A stretch of 64,000 nucleotides of DNA from Balanoglossus misakiensis (Eukaryota > Animalia > Hemichordata): positions 8,406,043 through 8,470,042 of the forward strand of contig CM082593.2 of the NCBI GenBank assembly GCA_040954595.2, given 5' to 3'. Below, one piece after another: positions 30,423 to 41,500 of this stretch. A program made the translations under genes and the position numbers. The notes beneath the pieces are model-generated. The model had not been told where the DNA came from, did not search any database, and saw nothing but the letters and a program-made list of their open reading frames with translations. Numbering within the stretch: the stretch's first letter is position 1; the number at the start of each line of letters is the position of its first letter.

Positions 30423-31112
30423 TTAAACATACCAAAACCTCCCATGGTATTTACGTTCAAAAATAAACTGTGTTTGCAAATGTCTTGTTCACTTGTTACC
30501 TACAGCTATCACTATTATTATTCACAACATGCAGTGCAAGATCACGCAACCCCCAAAATATTCACCATACAAAAATACTCAATATTCAAAGGTTGTTATA
30601 TTCAATCCATTCTTACTCACCAAGTGTTTAGCTTTACAGAACATACACAGTTTTCATAGGATCTGTAGCTTCAATAAAATCTCTAAATAATACTTTCGTC
30701 TAGGATCACTGATTGTGTCAACACAGTAGAATTTTTTGCATAAGGTTTCACAATCAAGGAACAAGACACATTGTTAATTTCAGGTTTTCAACATAACTTG
30801 ACAATATTTTTGGTATACAAATTACGATGGCCCTTGGGAAGAATGATTAAGGGGTTGAATGATTATCGAATAAACACTGTTTTATGTACATTCTTGGAGT
30901 TTGGTAAAATGTGGACAGCATGAAATCTCAGTAAGCATTGCATTTGAGTTAATCCCTTCAGGGTAACTATTGTATACCACAGCGTGTAGTTCAATGACAC
31001 TGATATCCTAAATTCAGCAATGTATCCAGTTCCATGATTCCCAAACTTAATGGTATAGAATATAGGATTGCTTTGTTCTGTACGTATATTACAAAATACA
31101 ACTTGTTCACTC

Positions 31113-31192
31113 TCAGAGATCATTGTTACGAATAAACCTGTTGCCTTCCGAGTGTCTGCCGTAGTAAACATAACGGCATTGGCCAAATGTGC
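31113..31192 (-). pseudogene. Possible orphan terminal coding exon ([26 protein letters not shown])
   Basis: Strong acceptor (tttttctgcttttgttctag), protein-like peptide ending in a stop, followed by AT-rich UTR-like sequence; parent gene not identified. Confidence 0.35.
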
Positions 31193-31574
31193 CTAGAACA
31201 AAAGCAGAAAAAATAGTTAAGTTGGTTGCTTGACATGGTTACAAATCCGTGGCACATTTTGGCCAACTAATAAACTGATTTGCATCTTCAAAAAAGAAGA
31301 TTGAAAAGGAGCTAAATTTCAATTTTCAAAAGGTTTCTTCATCTTGATTATTAAAGCCCCTATAGCTGCGAAATTCACATATTTTTCCCACAGTAAAGAA
31401 GGTTGGATTCAGACAAAGTACAGTATAATAATTTTTTTTTCATCTGACTCACAATTGCTCTTTGCATCTTTAATGTCAGACAACGACAAATTTTCAATAG
31501 CCTAAGTATAGGTAAGTGAAAAACATATACTGTTCACTTTATTATTGTAAAATATCTTAAACTCCTCATTTTAG

Positions 31575-31758
31575 TTTCCTGTGGTCATATCTTGGATTTT
31601 GTTTGATTACAAGCACGACTTGTACGTGTATTACTCAATGATCCCGCTTGTTGTAGGTGGGCTCGTGTGTACCTTTGGAGAACTTAATTTCAGTTACATT
31701 GGATTTTCAGCAGCCGTGGTCTCTTTACTTTTGAGGAGTACAAAGAGTATACTTCAAG
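31575..31758 (+). pseudogene. Isolated exon of a triose-phosphate-transporter / SLC35E-type nucleotide-sugar transporter
   Basis: VVISWILFDYKHDLYVYYSMIPLVVGGLVCTFGELNFSYIGFSAAVVSLLLRSTKSILQG matches the TPT-family pattern (S.IP.V.G......GE.NF...GF......R..KS..Q); ttttag acceptor and caag|gt donor; no neighbouring exons found. Confidence 0.75.
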
Positions 31759-33214
31759 GTCGGTCTTTTAATTTTTTTGGTACATTATTGGTAAGAATAA
31801 GGAATAAGTAACAAATTTCACATTCGAATGAGGAATAAGGAATAAGTAACAAACTTCACATTCGAATAAGGAATAAGTAACAAACTTCCAACACCTCCAG
31901 ATTTTGTGACTTAAGATGTTTCGTTGCACGAGACTCACTGTATAAGCTTGTCTAATTAGAACTATTTTTGTCTTTTAACTCATGACAATAATATCTCATA
32001 GTGAAGTATTACCGTATCATAAGGAAACGGTAAAGTGGAAATTCAATTAATGAACAAGTTTTTTTCTCTCTCTCTTTGAAAGAGAGAAAGTCCTGAGGGC
32101 ATAAGGGCCATCTCAGATTGTCGCAGAAGCTGAAAATGTGAAATTAATTTAAAGGGGATTGAGCTCAATTCGATTAGTGATCATCAATTTTGAATTTTGA
32201 ATTTGTATTTAGTGTGCATGGTCGGGTATACAGCCACAATCAGAGGTTGATATTATATTTGTGATTACCCATCGGTTAGCCCATTTAGGTAGACCATTTC
32301 AAATTTAAAACTAAAATCATGAAAATAATGCAAAAAATGGCAGCTATTAGGGTTTTAATGTTGTGTTCCAGCCACAATAACTTTAATTATGTGGTATGAT
32401 GTCTTGTCCGGATGGTGTATGGCTTTAAACTTCACACAAATAAGTGAACCCAAGTTGTACATCTTGGCAACAATAGATGGTGACACACCAACACACCATA
32501 AATTCTATTCAATAAAAGGAAGCACTTGGTCAACTTATCACACGAGTATTACCTTTCAGGCATTTGCACTCAAAAAATACAGCGCCCAACAATTGTGAAA
32601 TTCAGAATTTCTCATCGTCACTATTCGACGCGATAAACAGTGCAGCCCAGCGGAACAATAAACGGTCCACCATTGGAACTATTGTATGAACATTCATTGA
32701 CATTTTTTTTTGAAAATTGCTTGTGTTTCAGTAAAAATTATAATTGCAGTTGTTTACAAAAATAAATCAAGTACAACAGTGAAATGTAAACTTTTCAGGC
32801 TATTTTCAAGAACTTATTATTTTAAGTAGTTCCAACAGGGTGTATAATGTTATCCAAATTACTGAGGATATCGAACATTAATGAAAGTTTTCTGAGAGGT
32901 TTAGGGTTGCCACTGTTTCCAACATCATTGTCACACACCTACAGCGTGAGAAACTTAAATGCCGGCGAGTTCACACCTTGGAAATGTGCAGGTTACATAA
33001 AGGCCAGCTAATGGACATACAGGACAAGCCTGCAGTCCCGGCTGGACCAACATAAGTCCAGAACTGAACTCTTGCCACCCCAATGTAGAACTGACTACAT
33101 GTACATGTACTCACTAAAATACAGATCATTTTAAAACACTTCAAACTGCCCGATAGGGGTCTGTACAAAACACTATAGCCCAATTAAGCTGTGCACAGGA
33201 CAAAGACGTACTTT

Positions 33215-34400
33215 AACATTTACAATACTGATAGAGCAGGCTGAAGAATTATACAAAGACTCTACTTGTACAATTCCGACAAATGAACTCGGAACACGAG
33301 CTTATGCATGGATGTAACCACATTTCCAATGTGTGAACTCGCCCGTATGGTGTGCGAAGTTTCTCACGCACTAGGTGTGTGTCATCATCGCAAAGTCCGG
33401 CGACCATGGCAGAATGCATTCCGGAAATCATACCGGAAAGGTTGAACTTGCATAATTGACATAAACACTGACAGTGGGAAAATTATGTGCATCACAAACA
33501 AAAACTGCATATACAGTCACACAGCTCCACAGAAAAAGAAAATTCATTAGACTAGTATGTGAATGTTACTAACATAAAACGTCTAAATGGCAGAATTATA
33601 TGCTCTGAAAATAGAATCTATAAGAATTGAAAATATAAAATACCCTTAATTATCCATTCAGTGATGTCAATATTGTAGATATCAGCTCCATCCGTACTTT
33701 GATGCTTTTCTTCATAAGGCTCATTGAATAGACTCCGTTTGGTGGATGTCTTCCCTGCACCAAACGCACCAACCAACATAACACGCCCTCGATATATTTC
33801 TTTCTGTGTATTCGGATTTTCAGCTGCCTTCTGTAAATTCCCGAGGAATTTACATTGCTAAAATAATAACGTATTAATTGCTAAAACAAATAGTATAACC
33901 TACAAACATTATTCAATGTCAATAATTAGCCCCACTCTTGGATATACTACTCATTTCATTACATATTTTCATATGTTATGAAATGCCTAATGTGACTACA
34001 TTTGCTACGTATTTCGGTAAGATTTGTTGATGAAAGCGATATTATTATTATTGCCAAGCACATGTTTTGGTTAAACGTGGCTAGGAATTTGACCTTGGTG
34101 CCATCTCCTCTTTGTATGAACATAATTATGTAATTCATTTTGCACAGTACCGTATCTGTTTCTGTGTATAATACTAGTAGTTGAGTTGTCCCTGTGTTTG
34201 TCTTCGATATGACACTGAACAGCTATAAAGTGAATTCCGTAGGCTGTACAAAGACAGCAAAATGAAGATATTATCCTTTCTGTGGTTAAAACACGTTCAG
34301 GATTATAGATCATTTAAACACTTAAATATACTAAAATCAGCACATATTAATAAAGAATTCAGGTATAGGAAGAACTTTACCTCCTGGATAGGAGAGAGAG
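33215..34400 (-). pseudogene. Partial duplicate of the ROCO gene: intact copy of the Roc P-loop exon (33644-33857) with flanking introns
   Basis: QCKFLGNLQKAAENPNTQKEIYRGRVMLVGAFGAGKTSTKRSLFNEPYEEKHQSTDGADIYNIDITEWIIK; near-identical to 48204-48935, then to 50316-50760; similarity stops before the next exon. Confidence 0.88.
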
Positions 34401-34599
34401 ACAATACAGGGAGACAATACAACTTTTTATGGGTGTTTGTGAGACTAAATGTGTTGCTGTACCTTATTGTGTGTAATGGGAGTTTGGATCTGGTACAATC
34501 AATTTCACAAACATGAGCTATACCCAGGCAGCAAAAAAAATGAACAGACTTTTTATAAAACCCTTTAAAAGCCCATATATTACAAAACTCGCTCAGGAA

Positions 34600-37570
34600 T
34601 AGGAACGTCACCACAATTCACAAATACAGACTATTTAATAGGAATAACCAATGTAAATTTGAAACGAAATAGACACCTGCAACTAATTATTCGACTAAAA
34701 TGATAAAAGTATGGTATATGCACCTCCTGGATATGAAAGAGGGATAGAGAGAGAGAGAGAGAGATAGTGATAGAGAGAGAGACAATGAGGGAGAGAGAGA
34801 CATTTATTTATTAAATTCCTTCAGGCACGGGAGGAAATTTCCGGTAATTCGCAGATTCCAAATTCTTAGTAATAGCTAATGTAAATTTGAAAGGAAATCA
34901 ACAACTAATTCCTCAACGAAAATGATAAAAGTATATGGTACATGTATATAGACTCACCGGCTGGATATCAGAGAGAGAGAGAGGGAGAGAGACAGACAGA
35001 GAGACAGACATGCAGACAGAGACAGAGAAGAAGAGGGAAAAGGAGGAAGAGAGAGACATTTATCTTTTAAATTCCTTCAGGCATGGGAGGAAATTTCCGG
35101 TAATTTGCAGATTCTAAATTTTTAGTATAGCTAATGTAAATTTGAAAGGAAATCAACAACTAATTCCTCAACGAAAATGATAAAAGTATATGGTACATGT
35201 ATATAGACTCACCGGCTGGATATCAGAGAGAGAGAGAGAGGGAGAGAGACAGACAGAGAGACAGACATGCAGACAGAGACAGAGAAGAAGAGGGAAAAGG
35301 AGGAAGAGAGAGACATTTATTTTTTAAATTCCTTCAGGCATGGGAGGAAATTTCCAGTAATTCGCAGATTCTAAATTCTTAGTAATAGCTAATGTCAATT
35401 TGAAAGGAAATCAACAACTAATTCCTCAACGAAAATGATAAAAGTATATGGTACATGTATATAGACTCACCGGCTGGATATCAGAGAGAGAGAGAGGGAG
35501 AGAGACAGACAGAGAGACAGACATGCAGACAGAGACAGAGAAGAAGAGGGAAAAGGAGGAAGAGAGAGACATTTATCTTTTAAATTCCTTCAGGCATGGG
35601 AGGAAATTTCCAGTAATTCGCAGATTCTAAATTCTTAGTAATAGCTAATGTCAATTTGAAAGGAAATCAACAACTAATTCCTCAACGAAAATGATAAAAG
35701 TATATGGTACATGTATATAGACTCACCGGCTGGATATCAGAGAGAGAGAGAGGGAGAGAGACAGACAGAGAGACAGACATGCAGACAGAGACAGAGAAGA
35801 AGAGGGAAAAGGAGGAAGAGAGAGACATTTATCTTTTAAATTCCTTCAGGCATGGGAGGAAATTTCCAGTAATTCGCAGATTCTAAATTCTTAGTAATAG
35901 CTAATGTCAATTTGAAAGGAAATCAACAACTAAGGGACCGTTCAGTTTTTACGGCCGAGGGGGGGGGGGGGGCAGGCAAGTTTGTGTCATCGGTTTTCAA
36001 AAACAGGCCGACCCCCCCTTCACCCAGGACCAAAAAAATGATATCCCCCCCCCCCCCCTTGACAGCCCCAAAAATATGATGATAAATTCCTTCAGGCATG
36101 GGAGGAACTTTCCTGTAATTTGCAGATTCTAAATTCTTAGTAATAGCTAATGTCAATTTGAAAGGAAATCAACAACTAAGGGACCGTTCAGTTTTTACGG
36201 CCGAGGGGGGGGGGGGGGCAGGCAAGTTTGTGTCATCGGTTTTCAAAAACAGGCCGACCCCCCCTTCACCCAGGACCAAAAAAATGATATCCCCCCCCCC
36301 CCTTGACAGCCCCAAAAATATGATGATAAATTCCTTCAGGCATGGGAGGAACTTTCCTGTAATTTGCAGATTCTAAATTTCAAGTAATAGCTAATGTCAA
36401 TTTGAAAGGAAATCAACAACTAATTCCTCTACTAAAATGATAAAAGTAGGGTATTATACCTTTTGCATCTGTGTGTGTGAGAGCTAGAGAGAGAGAGAGA
36501 GAGAGACAGACATGCAGACAGAGACAGAGAAGAAGAGGGAAAAGGAGGAATAGAGAGACATTTATTTTTTAAATTCCTTCAGGCATGGGAGGAAATTTCC
36601 GGTAATTCGCAGATTCTAAATTTTTAGTAATTATAGCCAATGTAAATTTGAAAGGAAATCAACAACTTTATAATTCCCCGACTAAAATGATAAAAGTAGG
36701 GTATATGCATACCTCCTGGATATGACAGAAAGACAGACAGACAGACAGAGACAGAGAAGAAGAGGGAAAAGGAGGAAGAGAGAGACATTTATTTTTTTAA
36801 TTCCTTCAGGCATGGGAGGAAATTTCCGGTAATTTGCAGATTCTAAATTTTTAGTAATAGCTAAATTTGAAAGGAGATCATCAACTAATTCCTCAACGAA
36901 AATGATAAAAGTAGGGTACATGTAGACTCACCAACTGGATATCAGAGAGAGAGAGAAAGAGGGAGAGAGAGAGCGAGAGACAGACAGACAGAGACAGACA
37001 GACAGACAGACAGAGACAGAGAAGAAGAGGGAAAAGGAGGTAGAGAGAGACATTACTTTTTAAATTCCTTCAGGCATGGGAGGAACTTTCCTGTAATTTG
37101 CAGATTCTAAATTTTTAGTAATAGCTAATGTCAATTTGAAAGGAAATCAACAACTAATTCCTCAACGAAAATGATAAAAGTATATGGTACATGTATATAG
37201 ACTCACCGGCTGGATATCAGAGAGAGAGAGAGGGAGAGAGACAGACAGAAAGACAGACAGACAGACAGAGACAGAGAAGAAGAGGGAAAAGGAGGAAGAG
37301 AGAGACATTTATTTTTTAAATTCCTTCAGGCATGGGAGGAAATATCCGGTAATTTGCATATTCTAAATTTTAAGTAATAGTTAATGTAAATTTTGAAAGG
37401 AAATCAACAACTAATTCCTCGACTAAAATTATAAAAGTAGGGTATATACATACCTCCTGGATATGAAAGAGGGATAGAGAGAGAGAGATAGAGAGAGAGC
37501 GAGAGACAGACAGACAGACAGACAGAGACAGAGAAGAAGAGGGAAAAGGAGGAAGAGAGAGACATTTATT
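34600..37570 (-). repeat. Tandem array of ~256-bp units derived from ROCO exon 2 plus flanking intron and (GA)n tract
   Basis: Core aaattccttcaggcatgggaggaa counted 11 times (34813 to 37318) plus a diverged copy near 34600; homologous to 49430-49700; two units carry a Harbinger-MITE left end (near 35934 and 36180). Confidence 0.92.
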
Positions 37571-38395
37571 TTTCCTTGGGAAGAAGAATCAGTCTCATAG
37601 ACTAGCTACTAACTATTAAAAAGTAGTATGCACCTCAAAAAAGAAAGAATTAATATTTTTCTCATATTTTGGAAAAGGCAAGTTTTGATTATTCTCTCTC
37701 AACTAAAACATAGTCATATAATAGGAGTGCATGAATCTGCTCATAAATCGTATAATCCAAGCAAACTGTGATTAAAACAAAAATGATAACATTGGAAAAC
37801 ACATGTTCTCTAGAAATCAAAACAATTATTCTCGTAACATTTGAGTAAATGATAATTCTCCCTTATTTAATCATGGCAGCTGAACATATACCAGTACCGG
37901 GTATAGCACAGGTAAAATTATGTCTAATCTGCTAACAATGAAGGATCATATAATCAATGAAGTTTATGAAATCATATTTTAAACTGTATGGCCCAAGCAC
38001 ATTTGATTAAAATAAAAATGTCAACTTCTGGGAAGACAATCCATGTTCCTCAGTAATTACAATCTTCTCAGTCTTATAGACTAGCTACTATAACTTCTTT
38101 AAAGGGGAAGTTCAGTCCAGATTAATTTTACATATGTGCTAGCTTTGGGTTTGGTTCTTTGGGGGAAATGGAAAAGTATAATGGCGGAAGTTCCATTCTA
38201 GGTCTTCTTCAACTTACTGTAATTTGAATTATGGGGAAAACTTGACTTGACTTCCGCCACATAATATGGAAACCTACTGCGAGTACATGTACTAGACATG
38301 AATTTAACAATCAGCAACTGTCAGCAGCCTTCTTGGTGTGGCGGAGAGATGTTGTGGAAATGAATCCAACACTAGCAATGACATATCTGATTTCT

Positions 38396-38595
38396 TCATG
38401 GGTCTTGAAAATTTGACCACCATTTAATTATCGCTGCTAGCCCGATTGCGAGCAGACAAACAACAACAGCAACAACAACAACACAAATAAGTTGCATTCT
38501 CTCTGAACAGGTCCTTGAGCCCCTGGAGACTTCCCTTGTCTTCATGGCCTGTCGAGGTCCACAGCTGGTAGACACATGCATTTGAGTCCCTGATA
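38396..38595 (-). CDS. ROCO coding exon 11: terminal exon with predicted tail-anchor TM helix
   Basis: gctttttcatccag acceptor, phase 1; ...ERMQLICVVVVAVVVCLLAIGLAAIIKWWSNFQDP*. Confidence 0.75.
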
Positions 38596-41500
38596 CTGGA
38601 TGAAAAAGCAATAACCAAAGTCATGACACAAGTCTTTAACAATTAATTTTTGTCTCAAGCATCCAGGGTATGTGGTAGAATTGTGGCATATTGAGTTAAT
38701 GTACATTAGCACTAGCAGGTTTTCATAGAAAAAATCCTGTATTACGTACAAAGAATACCGGCATACCCATTTTACAAGACTAGTATAAAAAATTTAGTTG
38801 TATATTCTAGTACTAACCTGGAGGTTCGGGTTGATCAACACACTCCTTCGTTTGCACATTTTCTGCTTTTTTCCTTCTTTCTAACTCGCATGAGCCCCCG
38901 GAGAATTCCTGTGGCTTCACGTCTTGAAGTCCATGGCTAGATCCATGGGTTTGTGTCCCTGCTGGCACTGGATGAGAAGCAATAACCAACATTATTAAAA
39001 TTCATGAGGATTCATGGCACAAGTTTTTAACATGTAGTACTGTCTCAAGCATGCAGGGTAATATGTGGTAGTAACTAGTATGTGGCATATTGAGTTTGTG
39101 TACCTTATCAATAGTGAATTGTCATAGAAAACTGTTATGCACAGAGATCTATAAGCAATATTCAAGTATGTCTATATTATATTCTAATACTAACCTGAAG
39201 GTTCGTGTTGGTGGTCATGCTTCTCCGCTTGCACATTTTCTGCTTGGTTCCTTCTTTCTAACTCATAGTTTTCAACCAAATGTACAAGCTGGTTGTGCTG
39301 TATTTTGTGAAGTATATCCTTCAAAAGCTGAAGGTTATTCTCTGCTATGTAGCCACCGTCTTCTAACGTAAGAAATATTTCTTCTGCTCTGTGAAGTTTT
39401 TCGATGGCCCGGTTTGTAATTTGATAACCTCTCAACAAAAATTTTATACTATTCACGTCATCGGACCATAATGCATCACCCAGATTCTTGTAGAGTGTAC
39501 GAAGTGGGTTAACTTTATCCATTCTGGTGAGAGGGGTCAAGACATAAAATGACTTGAAACGCGAATACACCAGCATCTAAGGGACCGTTCAGTTTTTACG
39601 CCAGGGGGGGGCCGGCAAGTTTGTGTCATCGGTTCTCAAAATCAGGCCGAACCCCCCTTCACCCCGGACCAAAAAATGATGACCCCCCTTTGACAGACCC
39701 AAAAATATGGTGACCCCCACCCCACGCCCAAAACATTCGCCGTCCTGATCCTATGTACACTGTATGCAATAAAGGGAATGAGGCTCCTCACACCTCAATT
39801 ATATATTTCTTAAAGTATTATTGAAGTATATAATAGTATATCGTTGCAATAAAGAAATCTATGCACAAATTAAATGACAAGTCAATACAATAGTTGCTAG
39901 AATCGGTAAAACAAGAAAAGTGGCGGGGGTGGGCGTGGGAGGGGGTGTAAAATACGGTGCTCAAAGTTGCAATTTAATGAACTCAAAAGCAAATTAACTC
40001 AATGTTAGGGAGGACAAATTTTAATTTTGCCACTCCACTAAAAGTAAGCATTGGGGGTTGGGTGGCAAGAAGTCTTCCCTGGTACACTAGACAAACCAGT
40101 GAAGAAATGCAATGTGGCGAAGAATGGAGGGGTTGGTGTGGGAGGGGGTGTCCCCCTCCCACATAAGAAAATTTTGTAAAATATGTAGCGCAAAGTTGCA
40201 TTTTAATGAACTCAAAAGCAAATTATCTCAATGTTTGGGAGGACCAATTTTACTTTTTGCCACTCCACTCAAAGTTAGAAGATTTGGCGTCATCTTGTCA
40301 TGACATCATTTATAAAACTTCTAGTACATAGAAGATGCAGCGCGAAACTATCAGTTATGCACAATTATTCTCCTTTATGTATTCACTTTGTTAAATATTA
40401 TCATTGGTGGGGTTGGGGTGGCAAGCACTCTGCCCTGGTACACTAGACAAACCAGCAAAAAATGAAATGTGGCGGAGAATGAATGGGGTGGGTGTGGGAG
40501 GGGGTGTCCCCCTCCCACATTAGAAAATTTTGTAAAATAAAGGGTGCGAAACTGCAATTTTGTGGACTCAAAAGCAAAAGTTCGGTGGCAAAAGTATGTG
40601 ACCCCCCCTAAACGTTTAAAAAAAACAGATGACCCCCCCTTGTGGACTTCAAATTGTAAGTGACCCCCCCCCCCCGGCCGTAAAAACTGAACGGTCCCTA
40701 ACCAGCAAGGTTCCATTTGGTACAAAGGCATACAAACTTCCGACATTTTCAGGAGGGTTAAGGATTTGATGAAACCAACAATTTACTTCTCCATTATAAA
40801 AAAAATCGTGTTTATGCACACAAGTCGTCGGCCTGTCAAAGCGATATCTTGACAAATGCTATATTGCTCTACAGGTATATTAAAAAAATCAAAATGGCAA
40901 CAATTATAGATATTTGGTGCTACAAACAGCAATTTCATGATGTTATACTATTTTATTACACCTCACGTATTATACCATATTCGTGATTGGCTGAGACGCG
41001 CTCACGTGATATAGAAAAAAAGTGATATAACATGGCTAGAGTTGATAAAGCCCTGTCGCGTGCGCTGATATTGCCCGCTGGGTTGTTTTGTGTTCTGCGC
41101 GCGACTTCTGCGCGTTCCAAACTGTCGTTCAATGGCTTCCTCCACGATCAGTCAACTCCCGCATCTATGGCTTCAAAGCGACACATAGGCTTAACACCTG
41201 TTCAACTGGACGATATTTTACCGCAAACGGACAGTAAATACAACAAAATCGCAACCAACAGTGCAGTATTTTCAAAATAATCTAAGTTCGAAGTAGGTAT
41301 CGTATAATTCTTGGGAGATCGAGACATTTTACATTCTCAGCAACCTACGACATATGGACGCGCGTCTACGTTCTTCTATGCCTGCCTTGTATGTACGTTC
41401 AAATGTTCGGCGTAATAAAATTAATAACACATGATGCTCGGGCAACATCACGATTTGAAGCCTGCCCTCGGGCCGGTGATCTCTGACCACAATATTGATG

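Noticed and set aside
34935-37366. Repeated 60-aa plus-strand ORFs (MVHVYRLTGW...) and CRISPR-like appearance of the array
   Set aside because: Whole units repeat with no unique spacers, no cas genes, eukaryotic context; the meaningful homology is to exon 2 on the minus strand.
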